A stretch of DNA of 64,000 nt, taken from IMG/VR virus record IMGVR_UViG_3300046477_000491, positions 1 to 64,000 of that record. One strand, 5' to 3'. The stretch comes from a virus. A program made the position numbers and the translations under genes. This document shows positions 63,679 through 64,000 of the stretch, piece by piece. Position 1 is the first letter of the stretch, and each line of letters starts with the position of its first letter. Below the pieces are notes generated by a model. The model searched no databases, was not told the DNA's origin, and was given only the letters and a program-made list of their open reading frames with translations.

Positions 63679-64000
63679 TCACTTGACGCGGTTCGGGTTG
63701 CGCGTGTCCTTCGCCCACTCGCGCTCGATCTTGCGCTGCTTCGCCTGGGCCTTCTTCTCGTGGGTCTCGAAGACCTCCTGGAAGGTCAGGCCCTTCTTGT
63801 TGGCGATGGCCCGGAGCAGGTACCAGGCGTGGCGGGTGTTCTCCATCTGCCGCTGGGCGTAGGACCTGTGCTCGAAGTAGTGGGCCCACTCCGGGTCGTT
63901 CTCGCGCGCCTGGTCCAGCAGGACCTCCAGCAGGGCGTCGGTCGCGGCGACCTCGGCGGTACGAAGGGTCTTGCAGACGTCCCAGGAGTCGTGGTCCTTG
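63679..64000 (-). CDS. Partial hypothetical protein (3' end)
   Basis: Open frame from the window edge to the TGA at 63679. Confidence 0.55.
   Translation of the reverse strand, partial: KDHDSWDVCKTLRTAEVAATDALLEVLLDQARENDPEWAHYFEHRSYAQRQMENTRHAWYLLRAIANKKGLTFQEVFETHEKKAQAKQRKIEREWAKDTRNPNRVK

Larger units (their letters stand above)
25927..63680. promoter_or_regulatory. Dispersed operator-like motif (T/C)TACGGCTT in promoter regions
   Basis: Copies near 25927, 28350 (reverse), 33706, 40153, 47646 (reverse, variant), 50968, 51599/51613, 57525, 60610 and 63657/63671, almost all intergenic. Confidence 0.8.
1..64000. mobile_element. Segment of a large actinobacterial (Streptomyces-like) phage or prophage with a contractile tail
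   Basis: Head and contractile-tail morphogenesis genes, integrase-type recombinases, phage tRNAs and many small ORFs. GC-rich codon usage, Streptomyces-type XRE/DUF397 and Lsr2 genes, no host core genes. Confidence 0.95.

Overview
The whole window is a segment of a large, high-GC actinobacterial (Streptomyces-type) tailed phage or prophage, with no host housekeeping genes. Almost all genes are on the minus strand. 1-25.9 kb is a morphogenesis module for a contractile-tailed virion: terminase, collagen-like protein, portal, scaffold, major capsid, neck proteins, sheath, tube, chaperone, tape measure with two muralytic domains, hub, a spike fused to a long fibre, gp25-like and baseplate J. 26-31 kb holds divergent tyrosine and large serine recombinases. 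31-54.7 kb is accessory and metabolic: KTSC, holin, HicA-like, AcrVA2/FinQ-like, XRE-DUF397 cassette, MazG-like, metallophosphoesterase, four tRNAs, Lsr2, RNA ligase plus PNK/phosphatase and a nucleotidyltransferase. About 1 kb of non-coding DNA follows, then early-type genes with strong sigma70-type promoters. No replication genes lie in the window. The most striking signals are non-coding. (1) The AT-rich 9-mer CTTAATACC occurs 16 times, always on the sense strand and always readable in frame as Leu-Asn-Thr. (2) A c-di-AMP (ydaO-class) riboswitch and its LysM-NlpC/P60 gene sit inside the tRNA operon. (3) Long inverted repeats bury the RBS or start codon of several late genes. (4) A second motif, TTACGGCTT, overlaps about ten promoter regions. 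All calls come from reading the sequence by eye; no searches were run.
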